Of a DNA stretch of 64,000 nucleotides, positions 28,251-41,740 are shown piece after piece. How positions within the stretch are numbered: the stretch's first letter is position 1; each line of letters opens with the position of its first letter. Where the stretch lies: assembly GCF_964204865.1 (NCBI RefSeq), contig NC_135264.1, positions 13,702,001 to 13,766,000 on the forward strand, in the 5' to 3' direction. Position numbers and translations under genes: made by a program. Below the pieces are notes generated by a model, which was not told the DNA's origin, did not search any database, and was given only the letters and a program-made list of their open reading frames with translations. This DNA is from Styela clava (Eukaryota).

Positions 28251-31200
28251 TCATCTTCTTGTAATGTAGCTCTTTGATACAGAGATGATCATAGCTGTGA
28301 AAAATCAGTGTTTTGTGTTATTACTGTACTTTCCATAAACTAGGTTGATATTAAGATGTCGTCAAATTTTAGAAGACTTCGGTCCAGTCCATATCGGGTA
28401 TAGGGCTAGTTCAGATGCCGTGTTAGTAAAGCCACGAATATGTTATGAGCTAGTTTGATGGATCAACCTCCCTCCAGCTCCTAGTAATCTATATTATAAT
28501 TAACCAGTACTTCAATCAAATAAATGATTTTCATACTTTTAAATTTGAAACCCGGTAGCGATCATACCCATATAATTCCCTGAACCAGAGCTGGAGAATT
28601 GGGATCTCAATCCAGCTTTTCTTTTGATAGTGATAATGTGTAAACTTGCTTACAACACGGATTTCAGAAATTACTCTGTGACACAGGTTGCACACCTCTG
28701 AAGCCTGGTGAAATTCAATAATAAACTTCCTTACCTGTAAACCACAGTGACCATAGCAAAACATGAACAGGCAACATTTCAGAATAATCTCTTATTAATC
28801 GAATCATGTCTACCACCGTGCCTCTCTCGTCTTTTTTCTTCGATTTCTGTCAAATAAATGATTCATATATATTAAAATTTTATTGTTTATTGGTGCCGTT
28901 CTATAAACGACCTTTACTCTACAAAATCAGAAGAGCGACTTGCTCATAACACACTAAGAATCTAAAGATTGAACAAAAAACAACGTTTCAAAGTAATGGT
29001 AATGAGAGTTTTTCTGTGGACGGTTGTTCGGACTTCAAAATTTTATTTTCAGTGAGGTGTTGTAGGGATTTTTGTGGATTATTTAAAGTTCAGGATCAAG
29101 AAAGGCCATCAACGATACAATCTTAACTTGGTATCAATTCATTTGGGCCGCCATAAATATATCAATAATGTGTCTAACTTCGGACAGTGTTAAAATAGAT
29201 ATTTAATACGTTCCCGCATTACAAAGCTCATTTTCTATAAATTTACCCTATTATGTGCAAATACATCTGTTTCCGATTTCAAAATGAAATTAGGGAATAT
29301 ATTCGGTTTGGTCATCCCTGATTAACAATTTTCATTTTTGCCCGAGCATTAGCTACTTGCCTTAGAATCCAGGTTGTGGAACTTTAAAAACTGTTTGAAC
29401 TGCTTGTCATTTTTATCCACCTTTGGTAAGTATGTGCGTTCTTTATTCCTTCTCCAAATCCCTTTGGGTATGTTGCCGCTTTTAGTCAAAAGGGTGAAGT
29501 GGTAATGATATAACTCTGCTTTGATGTATTTCGGAGGAGTTTCTTTGAACGGATAAGAGTCCTTATCCAGTAACTTGACCACTAAAAAATTACAGAAAAG
29601 TTGTTTTATAATTTTGTTCGTTTGTGATTGGTCACCAATAGGGCTTGGCATTTTGAATAGCCGCCATTTTGTTTTTTTCTCTCTCATATGCCAAAGTGAA
29701 TTCGTCATTTATTTACCGAATCTATATATTTATTATGCACACTGATAGAACCCATAACATAAAAAAATGAACATACAATTAATTGCCAATCTTCCAATAA
29801 TTCAAGATTCAATTTGAAAATAATATTCGATTCTGAAATCATTCGGTATTGGACAATGCCCGCCTTAGTCACAAATAATAGTAACCTACCAGTTTCCTCT
29901 CCAGATAACATTTTGTCGACAAGACTTAAAAACCACGGGTTTTGTTGATATTGTCCAAGTGCCGCAAACCACATCTGCCAGTCCAGTCTAGGTTGATGGG
30001 GAACTGAAAGTATGATTTCATAATAAATATCTTTTTTATCTGTGGAGTCGAAGGAGATCTAGATGATTGGGGTATAACAGGGACTACTAACAAAGGTCAG
30101 ATCTCGCACACCTACTTTCTTTCTGATTTTCATAAAATATTGCAATAAACAATAGTAATCGATTATAATAGAAAAAATATCCTAATGTACAACTAGAGAA
30201 ATATACACCCTATCAATGGTAGTGTAGCCTACCTTATTTGTTAAAATCCTCTCTATCTATGCATAAAACTACCTCAATCGTTCAATCTTAAGGGATTGCT
30301 TCGCTAGGTAAATGTGTGAGTCTCATTCAGGTTTTTGTACAGTTTAAGTAGTTTATACGTCCACAGCATAATTTCTCCCCAGTTGGGAAAACATTACACT
30401 ATATAAAAGGCGCAACTAAATGAAAAAAAACTCACCAATCCATGGAAGACTTCTTGAAGTATTTCCTGGCTTGTATTGGAATTCAATCTCCTATAATGAT
30501 ATGATAAAGAATTTTGAATATGAGTCTTAAATATTACCCAGTATTGGCAAAACCAAACAAAACACAAACCTGCCATGGCCCATTTTCTAGGTGACTTCCT
30601 TTTACAATGACTTCTGGGCGACCTCCGACCCCAGTCATAGAACGGAACAATCCATATGAATGTACCAATTGATATTTATTTGAAGTGTCGTGCCACCTCT
30701 GCAACACTGGCCAGGAGCCTTTGTCTGTCATTAGAGTCTTGAATGGAACCTTTATAGAAATTAGGAGTTGGATATCAATTGCCTAGTTAATAGGATTTAT
30801 TGGTGCTCACGAAGTATGCGAACCAAGATGGCGGACATCGGAGCGTAACAGGTTAGGGTTAGGCGATAATTTTTTTCCTATTTTCCTTATTTTAGTCCTA
30901 TTATCAGTTCGAAGACTAGCCAAGAGCCTCCCGTAGTATTTATACCTAAAATTATGGCCTAACCCTAACCTAGTACACATATTACATTCCGATGTCCGCC
31001 ATCTTGGTTCGCATACTTCGGGAGCCCCGATATATTATTTATTGCCGGCGGAAAGGAAAGACGATAAGACTGCTTAATCATATGACGAACCACTGCCTCT
31101 CACCCAGTCACCAGTCCAAGTCAGTTAGTTAGCCAGTTATTTGTTTCAAATACATGGAATTGATGGTGGAGGAAACTGTAATCTACCAGCAGTTACGTGA

Positions 31201-34200
31201 CCCACCCTATGAAGGCAAGGAGGCCAGCAATCATCTCACACATAATTATCCTCACAGGGTAATCAGAGGTGCGGTGGCGAGCATATTCCTGGCGATTAGC
31301 ATGATGCGTCACCATCACACCACCAAGCCAAATAACACAGACTATATTACACTTTATTAAAACAGCAATCATTAAATTAAGATTTACCATGCTTATGCAG
31401 AACATATAGACACAAACTCCCAATACTGAGATGTATTTCAGTAGATTCCATATTATTTGGAAGACATTTTTACTTCGAAGGCATCTGAAAATCATATGTG
31501 AACAGTTAGTAAATCAAGGATTGGACTTGAATAAGCAGCAAAATAACACAAAATTTTGGGGTCTAGCGAAGTGAAAGCCGTAACTGCTTAAATAACGCCA
31601 AACAAAAATGTGACGTGAAACTTTTATGTTTTCTTTAAAAAGTCTTTCATTTGGTTAAAATCAAACCTATTCAAATTTAAACTAGGCAGGTATGTCCCAC
31701 GCCAAACAGGGTATAACATTTCGCGCGCGACAGGCTTTTATTTTGAAAAAAGTTTGGGCTGTATTTTCACATTTCTTTTTTTATTGTTTGGTGATATTTG
31801 AGCAGTTACAGCATTTACTTTGACAGCCTCAAATTTCGTATACCTTGGAAGGGTAATCTATTCGAGCACATGAAAAGAAAGGTTGTGAAACAAGTTTTAA
31901 GAGTTTAAGACTATTTTGTAATTCGTCAATACGCCTATTGAATTTAAACGTATCATATTTTGCTTCTATTATATGAAATTTTGGAAACTCATCTATGAAA
32001 AAAATTGTCAAGCACTGAAATCCCATGAGTTACTGAAACTAGATCATAGATAGTTATGTTAGGCCGGCAAATGCAGATTGACGCAATACTTGAACCAAGC
32101 AGCTCAAGCCAATACAATCAAGGAAGCAGCTATGAGGTAGCCAATTTCACATACCATATCTTATGGACCATAAAGTGCTCTGTTTTACAAGATGCACTGC
32201 CAATAAATTGCTTAGATATGGTTTTTATTCATAAGGCACAACGGTTTTGAAGGCAATAAATGCACTACCTGATCCATACATTAGGCGCACCGACTTATGG
32301 TCCGTAAAATATGGTAATTTGAAGACAATCAAAGTTATATACTCACAAATATAAAGATACTATCGCTTCCCAGAGTAAATTTATTCCTCCAATCCAAATG
32401 CTTGCAATGACAGCACCATCCACCCATTCAGTAAATTGCTTTTGGGTAAATGCTGAAATCGAATTTCAGATTCAGGTAAATATATCAAACCATGCATAAA
32501 GAAAATGCCGAACTCCTGTAGTGTCTGTATCAGGTTAGGGTTAGGCCATAATTTTATTCCGATTTTCCTTATTTTAGTTCTATTACGAGTTCGGAGACTG
32601 TCTGTGTTAGCCAAGTGAATATACCCCTCGCACATAGGTTTCAGTCCCTTTACACAACTTGATGTAAAGTAAGCGGACAAAATTAGTTACCTCCATATTG
32701 GTACACACACTTCTGGGGCGCCGAAAATGCTACTTATAAACTATGCCAATAAAGATTATGATATCAAGTTATTATAATTAATTGCCGGGGATGTTCTAAG
32801 ATAGTTTGACATTGCAAATATCACAATATTTACAAGTTTCACTAGCATATATATTATTATCCACTTTTCAGTATACTGAAATAATAGTTCAAAATAGCTT
32901 TTAGTAATACTTGCCAGTTTTTGTGTAGACCGGGTCGCCATTTTTGAAAAACTGGAGACTGAAATATTGGATCGTATAATAGACGATAACGATGCAAGCC
33001 ATAAGAGTAGAGAACCATGAAAGATATTGTTGCAGTTTCTGTAAATTGGATTTCCTTTGTTGTCGTAGACTTCTACCTATTATGCATGCAAACAAACACT
33101 AGTAATGATGGTTTCAATGTCTCAAGCACAAAGTAGAACAAAGAACTTGTTGAAGAACCAAGTTGCTTGTTTCAGATTCATCGGTTCTTTGTAGGAAGTA
33201 GGAAGTCTGGTAGTATAATATTTATCCCTGGGAGGAGAGGAAAGTCGATAATATGACTTAATCAACCCTGACTTCTAGTTCAGTTACCACTGCATGATCC
33301 GGCCCACCAAAGTGTTTCACTCGACCCACTTGTATTTGCGGAAATTTTGGGTATAGTTTTTATGGTAATAAATTTACGTTGAAAATGTCGACAAAAATAA
33401 AGTCATAATGACCTCGAGTGTTACATTGTGCTTCTCATTATTATATAAATATTAGCCTAGCTGTTGTAAATAAAATGTTCGTAGTTTTTCATATAGAGTT
33501 TTGACCATACACCAGTTAGATGTATAGACTTGAAATGATTATACAAATGGTTGGAGAGAAAGAGTCTCAACATTGGTTAACAGTACCTGGTGAACGTGAC
33601 TTCCCAAGAAAAAGATTCAAATGTTTATCGTCCATGACAGCCAGACACAAAGCCAACGTCAAAAAATTAAAGAAATTGTAATTTCCGCTCAGGAGTATTG
33701 TAAACATTAGGAAGACCTGAAAATAAAATCACAATGAAAAATTGGTAAAACATGTGCAATATTGCATGTTTCGCACTATATATATTCATTTAGTTTTATC
33801 ACCCCAGGGTTTTCTCCAGCTGAGCGCTGGACTTGCACGGAGCAGTTCTCCGTGGGACTCAAGCACAGCCTACACATTGTATAATGACAACCAATACCCC
33901 AAAAAGAAAAAGTTGTACAAACTGCCTACCTGGCCATAAACCCCAATAAGGCGCAGTCTTCTCACTGGAGCAAAAAAGAGAAAAGGCAATGCTATCTCAA
34001 TCACGTATGTTCCAACAACACTCAGTTTTAAAAGCCAATTGGGGAGTTGATGAGCCCACCAGGATAATGGTGTCGGGATGCACTGAATAAAATAATATAA
34101 AGTTTATTTTAATTTCTGTATATTTTCCAGCAATTTATGGCATGTAAACTACAGTAACTATACAGACCTGAGTTTCAAAGTGATAATGCAGAGCTAGAAA

Positions 34201-37082
34201 TAGAAAGATTGATTTCATTAATAATAATGAATATTAAAAAATATGATCAGGTGCACACTTATTTACACGAAAGATACACAACACCAGTATACAGATTTAG
34301 CTGCTGTCTTTAGTTAAACACTATAGGTACCGTCGATCTACTGGCACTAGTGTACGATTGCAACATTGTTTCTGGGTAATAAATGTTATTATGATTTTAC
34401 TTCAGAGATGATGTCTAGCCTAGGGATAATTTTTTGAAAATATCTCTAATAACGCAATGGAATAGACGGGGTAAATAACGGAATAAAGGTTGAAGATTAT
34501 ACCTGTCAAACCCCACCAAGTTGGGCACATGCTTGTAAGTTTGACGACTCCCGATGCAAACATGAGTCGGAATAAAAGCCATTTTACCAGGAAGAAAGGT
34601 AAACGTTGCAAAGAACTAAAATAAGAAAAAGAAGTTTAAGTGGGACTTATATGGAAATCTTGCAACAAATTCAAGTCAATTTGAAAAGAAAAACCAGTTA
34701 TTGGCAAGTTGCTTTTGATGATAACAACTGACCACAATAACAAAATGTCCATCGGAAATTAGATGCTTGGTGGGTGACTTGGTCGTGTTAACCGTTTGGA
34801 GTGTGCTTGCTACCTCACCTCTGATTACCCTGCGCGGGTTCACAGGTCTGAATCATATGGGGGGTAATTATGTGCAAGGGGATTGCTGGACTCCTTGCCA
34901 TCGTAGAGTGGTTAATGTAGACGACCATGCATGTAAAACAAATAACTGGTCCAAACGAGACTGATAACAGAAGGAGAGGCCCTGGTTCGCTAAGCCATTT
35001 TATAGTCTTTCCACTCCCCTGGGATGAATATGAAATCTCAATGTCAAAGGTTCCATTTTATAAAGCATATTGGCATTGACCGCATATTTATTTCAACTGT
35101 TTATATAACCTAGATATGGAATGTAAAACAGAATCTATTTTTAGGAACCGTAAATACAACACATATGCCTGTTTCAAGAAGTGTATTCCCAGCAATATAG
35201 AAACGTAAGATCAAGTCAAAAATATTTATTTCGAGAATATTACCTATTACGTTGAGGTACCTACCTATTTCGATGCTCTGAACTTGGTGTTGAAGGTGAA
35301 ACAAGTATTGCTAAAAATCCCGATTCTAGTAGCAGAGTATCCCATTGAAACCATGAAAATGTCTGACCGACCTATGTTCATTTTAAAAAGCAAAATCAGC
35401 ACATAATTTCAATGACAATTAAGATGAATAGAAGCAAAAAATCAGGTAACAAGTAACGTTAAAAAGACTACATCTAATTCGAAACTCAGAATTTATTTCA
35501 AAACTTTCAGTGGGCCCTATATGTGATTGTTTTTCACTTTGAAATTTTGCGTGATGACCTCTTTAAATTGATAAAGATCATTTGTAGCCGTTCTGCGAAC
35601 TCATGCTACACGAAAATCTAAATTTTTTTTACTGTATCACACAATAGACCAGGTAAGGTACTCTATAAGGTAAAGCTTTGGAGAAATCAAGATCTTTCCG
35701 GTTTGCTCATTGTTTAGTGATGCTATTCCAAATTATTCCCCAAAATCGAGAATCTAAAAACTTAATTTATCGTATTTTACGGACCATGAGGCACACCGGG
35801 TTACAAGGCGCACTTGTAGGTGCTACATTAGGTGCGTTGGCTTATTAAAGGCGCCCAATCGATTTGTGAGAAAAAATTTTTCAAAGCATGCCTTGGTGAC
35901 CGTAAAATAAAGTAGGGTAATTCGAATATTCGTTTCGGACATGCGATGATATCTGCCATAAAATCAATTAAAAAAACTCACCTGAAATAAAGAAAAGTAC
36001 ATGAACCACAGCAATGCATAAACAGGTAAGATTCTGGCACTTCTAAAAAGTAGGCAAACAAAAGACAGAAATGTACCTGAAAAATAAGAAAAAATGTATA
36101 TTTAAATAACAAAGCAATGCTGAAACATATGGACACAAAAGCCAAAATGAAGTAGTAAAGGACTCATATCTGTCACAGTGCCGGGGGTTTGATCAGGGCA
36201 GGTAGTATGTATTTTTTAACTTTGATGTCGTCATCATACAAAATTTAAAGTGAAAAACTCCATGGAGCCCCCAAAAATTTGAAAAAAAAAAAATATATAG
36301 CCTTCTAACACCAACAACAATCTTTAATAATCACCGGAAATTTCAAAACAATCGGTCCTGTAGTTAAACGAAAGGTGATTTTTTCACAACAACAATGAGA
36401 AAAATATGAAATGACAAAACTTCGTGTCCAATAACAAAATCAAAGGAATGCATTATTACCAATTAGGCAAAGAAGTTCAAATGATGTTTGATGAGAAAAT
36501 CCATAAAAGAGAAAAAGCCACAGTAACGTCGGTAGCCTTGAGAAAAGAGATTCGATTGATAAGTTTTGTCCTGTCTGAAGAAGGTTTTTTATCGGTAGGA
36601 TACCATTGTCACCATACAAACCTGAAAAAAAAAACAATGGCCAAAACATTTACGGTACATACGGATAAACTGATTAATATTAAACAATATAGAATTATAT
36701 AGAATTGGATTATTCATTTAATTATATAAGTGGAGAGGGGAGTCGATAACATGGCGTAATTATAAGCCAAACCACAGTCTTTCGTCTGATTACCATTCTA
36801 TGTGGTTAAGGGGATATTTGATCAGGTATTTGTTTCCGATGCATGGACTTGATGGTGGAGAAAGTCTTACCTGACCAACTTCAATGTGAACCACCCTATG
36901 ACAAGGAGTCCAGCAATCCTCCAAACTTGGGCAGGGTTATCAGAGGTGTAATGGCAAGAGCATTGGAAATTTCTAAAATAAAAATTACCTGGAATTTGTA
37001 TAAACCAGGACCCAAATGCGAACATGTAAATCAATGCCATTGAATATAAAAAAACATCTCGTGTTCTATATGTACTGTCCAT
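28251..37082 (-). CDS. LMF2: Lipase maturation factor 2, ~656 aa, 17 exons: 37082-36989, 36621-36460, 36076-35982, 35371-35265, 34615-34503, 34193-34168, 34082-33930, 33716-33587, 33076-32915, 32452-32347, 31484-31388, 30749-30570, 30490-30436, 30003-29890, 29581-29361, 28846-28735, 28294-28251
   Basis: LMF motifs: [131 protein letters not shown]. The LMF2-type C-terminal TM segment ([15 protein letters not shown]) is recovered through a GC donor. The frame closes (1971 nt). The last two exons are less certain. Confidence 0.9.
30802..31028. mobile_element. Merlin-like foldback MITE (family B)
   Basis: TIRs GGTGCTC.CGAAGTATGCGAACCAAGATGGCGGACATCGG with TTAGGG/CCCTAA motifs. TSD GATTTATT/GATATATT. 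Confidence 0.8.
31040..31275 (-). mobile_element. SINE, reverse orientation
   Basis: Reverse complement of the family body (GTTAGCCAGTTATTTG...GATGGTGGAGGA...CAGCAATC...GGGTAATCAGAGG). Confidence 0.7.
32509..32722. mobile_element. Merlin-like MITE (family A)
   Basis: Same element; exact 8-bp TSD GAAAATGC. Confidence 0.8.
34770..35035 (+). mobile_element. Near full-length tRNA-derived SINE
   Basis: Head TGGTCGTGTT...CTCTGATTACCCTGCGCGGGTTCACAGGTCTGAATC, followed by the family body and tail. Confidence 0.7.
36715..36955 (-). mobile_element. SINE, reverse orientation
   Basis: Reverse complement of the family body. Other fragments lie at ~25270, 27125, 28380, 33215, 48460 and 52480. Confidence 0.65.
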
Positions 37083-38084
37083 CCTGTCTTCCAACTGGTA
37101 CTTATACAGCTAGACACAGCCTACTATCTTAATCCAACACTGTCAAAAATTAATATGCATTGAAAAATATTTTTAGATACTCAAATCTAAGACCATCTAT
37201 AAACATCCAATAGCGTGAGAAAATTTTACAATTTGAAATCCCTAAGGAAATTATGTGGATTCGGATTTTGGAGACAGAAATGTAATTTTAGGGTCTGCTG
37301 AGAGTCTCAATTTCAGACTATTAATGCTCACCATTAAAGTCAAAATTTCTAACGATAATTAAAAAAGTTCCATAAATTATTCTTGAAACAGTAATCATCT
37401 TCAAATAAAAATAATGACCAATAAATAATAACTATTTCCTTAAAAAGTCAAATAATCAAAAATATGTACGTAACTTTCATGAAAATATTGTATGAAATTT
37501 GCATAATATTGCCAGAATATGTTAATTAGGGAATATATGAGGCAATATCAGCAAGAGGTCACAGATGTCTTGAGTCAAGTCAGAATTCCAGAAAATTTTC
37601 AAGTCATAGCTGATTTCATGAATAACAGTAAAATAAGGGATTAAAAATAAATAGAATTTAGATTGACACCAAGACTACGCAAAATTATTTTTGAAGTATA
37701 GAGCCAAAGGGGGCCGCAACATCAATACAGCCTATTTTGAGGTATTGCTGCAATTCGATAGCAAATTCTTGATATAACATCAATGTATATTGTCGTTCTC
37801 GCTGATGTTCCCATTGAGTCTGACACTCAATCAGTTTGCTAGGATGAATCGAACCACTTGGAGTCTTTAAAAAAGTGGCTCATTTTAGAGTCGCTGACTT
37901 GAGTTGACAGAATGTGCATCGTGCGATATGTCGATTATATTAATGTTTCATGACCAATCATATGTTATTTATGCTGTGTCACCATTTGAAGTGATTCTTC
38001 ACAATTGCCTGCTTATTGACCAAATATGAAATCTTCTTTGATATTTCCATATAGACTACAGTCAATTATGATGGAATAATGACA

Positions 38085-39641
38085 TCATGAATTTGTAGTG
38101 TCTTTAGTATTTAGAATAGCATTCAAACCCCAATCTCGATCACTGAGTTTATGTCGCCGAAATTCAATAATTTGACATGTTTTTTGCATATGTTCGATAA
38201 AGGTATTCATACTTTCTATATTGCAATTTTTCACGATATTATGTGAATTGTCAAAAGGATTTGTAATCCATAGCTGTTTATTAGAACTAGGCCGAGCCCG
38301 AATGAGGCCATATTTAGGTTGCATCTTATATCCCATTAGACCATATCTTGCAAAATGTTCAAAAAATCCACATATTATTTGCTCTACCGAATCTGAATTA
38401 TTCATTTGCACAAATTTAGCAGGAGTGGAAAACAATTTGAACTCATCTCGGCGCACAGATCCAATTTTATGCATCGGAGGTATAATATCAATCTTCATAA
38501 GATACATTAAAATTAACATTTGAAGCATAAAAGGGGTAAAGCCATGGAAATTCATTCCATGTGAGAGTAAATTTCGATCTTCAGCCCATTTTCTTATTAT
38601 AATCATTACTTGAAGGACACGACTATCATATCTCATATACCAATTTAAAACGTTCAACATACTATTGGAATTCAATTGATTCGCAGAAATATCAACAGAT
38701 AAATTGACAAGGGAAAAATGAAATTTGACAATAGGAATCCTGGCTTGCGATATAAATTTTACATTCTTAGCCCCGGGGAGATGTTGTAATACATGTTTGA
38801 TTTCTTCCAAAACTTCAACGCTTTCTTTGAAAAGTTCCCTTCTTGTTGCGCCCTCTGTATCCATATATTGAATCGAGTTGGGCAAAGGCTTAGATATATA
38901 TTTTATGAAATCTTTAGTAAGAAGTACGACATCAAAGTCTGTTCCAGGTCTTCCAGCCCCGCTTAAACTCGAACCATAAGGTCGTACATGCACAATTCCT
39001 GTATGTTTTGCAAAGAATTTCTTTAGCACATTGAGGAAGATATAACGCACACGTATTTCAGCTGATGACATGACATTTCGTTCAGTGAATATTTTCATTT
39101 GATCCTCCATCGTCTCCTGCTGATCTAGAAGTTGATGAAGTGTGTTTGTTTTTGATTTCGGTAAACTGCCGATAATACTTGATGACGCTTGCTTTTTTGA
39201 TGTTGGTTCCGTACCAGTTTTAATCGAAACCATCTGGTTTTCGATGGCACCATTTTTACCTTGGTAGAGTATTGTATTTGCAGATTCCACATTTCGATAT
39301 TGTACAACATAACGATTCGTTGTGCCAGGTAACAGTGAAAAAAAGTCTATTTCACCAACACTTTCTAATATATTTCTCATTTGGTCAGAATTTTCACTGG
39401 ACCAATTTTTATCTCCTTCCACGACAATACTGTGTTTCGCTTGCGTCATCAGATACTGTTGTATTTTTTCATGAAATAAATGGGGATCCATCAGAACATC
39501 TCTTGCATCTCGAACATGTGGAAATAATGATGTAGTTTCCACAGTATCAGAATATTTATTCCATATTTTATGATTCCGACAGCTCGATATTAAAATGCTT
39601 CTTTTCACATAAAACACTAGTGTTTTATGCAGTACATTCAT
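38085..39641 (-). CDS. MTPAP: Mitochondrial poly(A) polymerase (PAPD1/TENT6), intronless, ~518 aa
   Basis: Nucleotidyltransferase motif RPYGSS...GTDFDV, ARIPIVKF..VDIS, PAP-associated NPFDNSHNI and C-terminal WGLNAIL. It has an N-terminal basic presequence-like segment and an RRM-like (RL) region typical of MTPAP. First ATG is at 39641. Confidence 0.85.
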   Translation of the reverse strand: MNVLHKTLVFYVKRSILISSCRNHKIWNKYSDTVETTSLFPHVRDARDVLMDPHLFHEKIQQYLMTQAKHSIVVEGDKNWSSENSDQMRNILESVGEIDFFSLLPGTTNRYVVQYRNVESANTILYQGKNGAIENQMVSIKTGTEPTSKKQASSSIIGSLPKSKTNTLHQLLDQQETMEDQMKIFTERNVMSSAEIRVRYIFLNVLKKFFAKHTGIVHVRPYGSSLSGAGRPGTDFDVVLLTKDFIKYISKPLPNSIQYMDTEGATRRELFKESVEVLEEIKHVLQHLPGAKNVKFISQARIPIVKFHFSLVNLSVDISANQLNSNSMLNVLNWYMRYDSRVLQVMIIIRKWAEDRNLLSHGMNFHGFTPFMLQMLILMYLMKIDIIPPMHKIGSVRRDEFKLFSTPAKFVQMNNSDSVEQIICGFFEHFARYGLMGYKMQPKYGLIRARPSSNKQLWITNPFDNSHNIVKNCNIESMNTFIEHMQKTCQIIEFRRHKLSDRDWGLNAILNTKDTTNS

Positions 39642-41740
39642 ATTATACACAGTTTCTAGTTATCATATCTTCTATTATGTTAAGATATAGAAAATTTAAA
39701 CAAAGATTTTTCAAAGTTTGATAACATTCTAACAAAAGCTTATTACAGTATTAGCATATGGCTGATTGCAATATAACTACTGACAGACTAATGAGACATA
39801 GAACTCAAACAATTCCCTTATAATTTAAACCAGATATCATACAATCAAAGTCATATTTTTACAAGATATGCCGAATTTGACACTTGAAAATCAGTTTTTT
39901 TTTTCAGTTATAAATTATATACGGGTATATATTTCAGTATTTAATAATCACACGTTTGCAATTGCAGCAACCCAGTAAAAAAATTCTACAACTTTATAGT
40001 CTACTCAGATATTTGTTTCAAATTGTTACTTTATTATTTCATGGTAGACTTCTTCTCTATTATTTGTACACTGTGTGTGTGCAATATAAAAACTAACAAC
40101 GCAGAAACAGCGGAAGACGAAATGCGCTATGTGATGATGTAGCGTGTCAGTAACATCGTTGATATGTCTTCATAAGTCAGACGACAGCGGTGAGTGTCGT
40201 GTCTTTTTTTATTGCCAAATTGAATTCCATTGCCAATATGGAACTATTTGATTATATTTTTTTGTTTTTGTCCAAATACATCAAGCTATATCAACGGGCG
40301 CACCCCGTTGCAAGATAATGTATGTTTCCCCGAGAATCGGTTTTCTCGTTTATGTTGGTAACAATGACCAATCAGCAAAAAGTCAACGATGACGGAACTA
40401 TTGTAATTTTTGCAGCTAATATTACCCCATTTTCGCGGTTTTGCGTATTATATGTCAGTCTTTAGTTGCGTTTCTAAAAATAGTTGTAAATCAGATAGTA
40501 ACTTAATTGTCATTATGTCTTCCGATGAGCTTTAGTTGCAATAATCAAAAACGATTCTTGGAAAAGCTTCGAATAGACTAGGCTGAAATCAGCTTATGTG
40601 TAGTCGGCAAGCGGTTGTATAATATAAATAAATAATGGTTTTCATAAATCAGTTTGTAAGGGCCAAAGCGTATATATAATATAAGCGAGGCAACGCTCAG
40701 ACAATGGACGCCTTTCTCGGCAATTTAACACGGCGCCTTATGAGAAGTTTCAACACAATTATTGAAACATACCTATTATTTTCACTAATATTTTGAGTAG
40801 AAAAATTTTGAAGGTCGCGTTTTGAAGTAGAATCTTAGCCGTACATGCTTATATCCTTTCATGTTGGCCAAATTACATTTATAGTACATTAAATTGTCTT
40901 TGAAGACAAGTATACCGGTTCCGAGTTGCTTCCGAAGTAAATTGGCCATTCAAATCGTCATAATTAACCATTTGACAATGGCGTTCCTTATGACGTCACA
41001 GATGAAAAGTTGTATTTTTTCTTCGAAATTACCGGCCAACCCAACTTTGCTTCAATGGCCGTTTCTATTTTCTGGTTGACATTTTTCGGTCGTCAATCTC
41101 CATAATGCCCTACTGCTCAGCTCAAAGCTGCGCTAGAAGAACAAATGACATTGTAGGATTGTTGCGGAGACATTTTACAGCCTCAAATTAGCGTATCACT
41201 ATAAATGGAAATATGACCAAAAATGGTTCTACGCTGTGTTTGGGGTCAAATTTAGCGCATTGGTTAGTTTTTTTTCCTAAATTTCGTTATATATTAAGAT
41301 AGCATATATCTTAAAGTTCAAAATCCACCCTTCAGTTTCATTCTATCACTTGTACCAGCGGACTTATTCGATTCGGTACAACAACACGACGAAAATTTCT
41401 CATAAGACTCCATTGTTTCGCGTTTCCCAAATATGGCACAAGATGGCGTCCATGAACTTGCTTAACATTAGGCAAGTTGGTTGCCGGCCGTTGGTAAGGG
41501 CCAACTCCCCAAAAAACACTCGCAAAAAAGCATCAAAAATTTTGCAATAGTTAAGTATGGGGAAATTTTCTAGGATCAAGGGTCGAAGGACATTCATAAC
41601 GGCTCGTTCAAAGTTGCAAATATTTCATTAATGTATCGTAACAGTTAAAAAAAAAGTTAACGTTAAAGTGTTAATATATTGTTCAGCCTGTTGTAGCTGC
41701 GCGAGTCCGCATGTGCAAGCGTAGGGAGTTTTAAAAAGGC

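Noticed and set aside
29349-29360. LMF2 ending at SKASS* as in the ORF track
   Set aside because: A GC donor plus downstream exons restore the LMF2-like C-terminal TM segment. Kept only as a possible retained-intron isoform.
38085-39650. Assignment as TUT1, GLD2 or a cGAS-like nucleotidyltransferase
   Set aside because: No N-terminal zinc finger or proline-rich insert. The presequence, RL region and WGL tail fit MTPAP.
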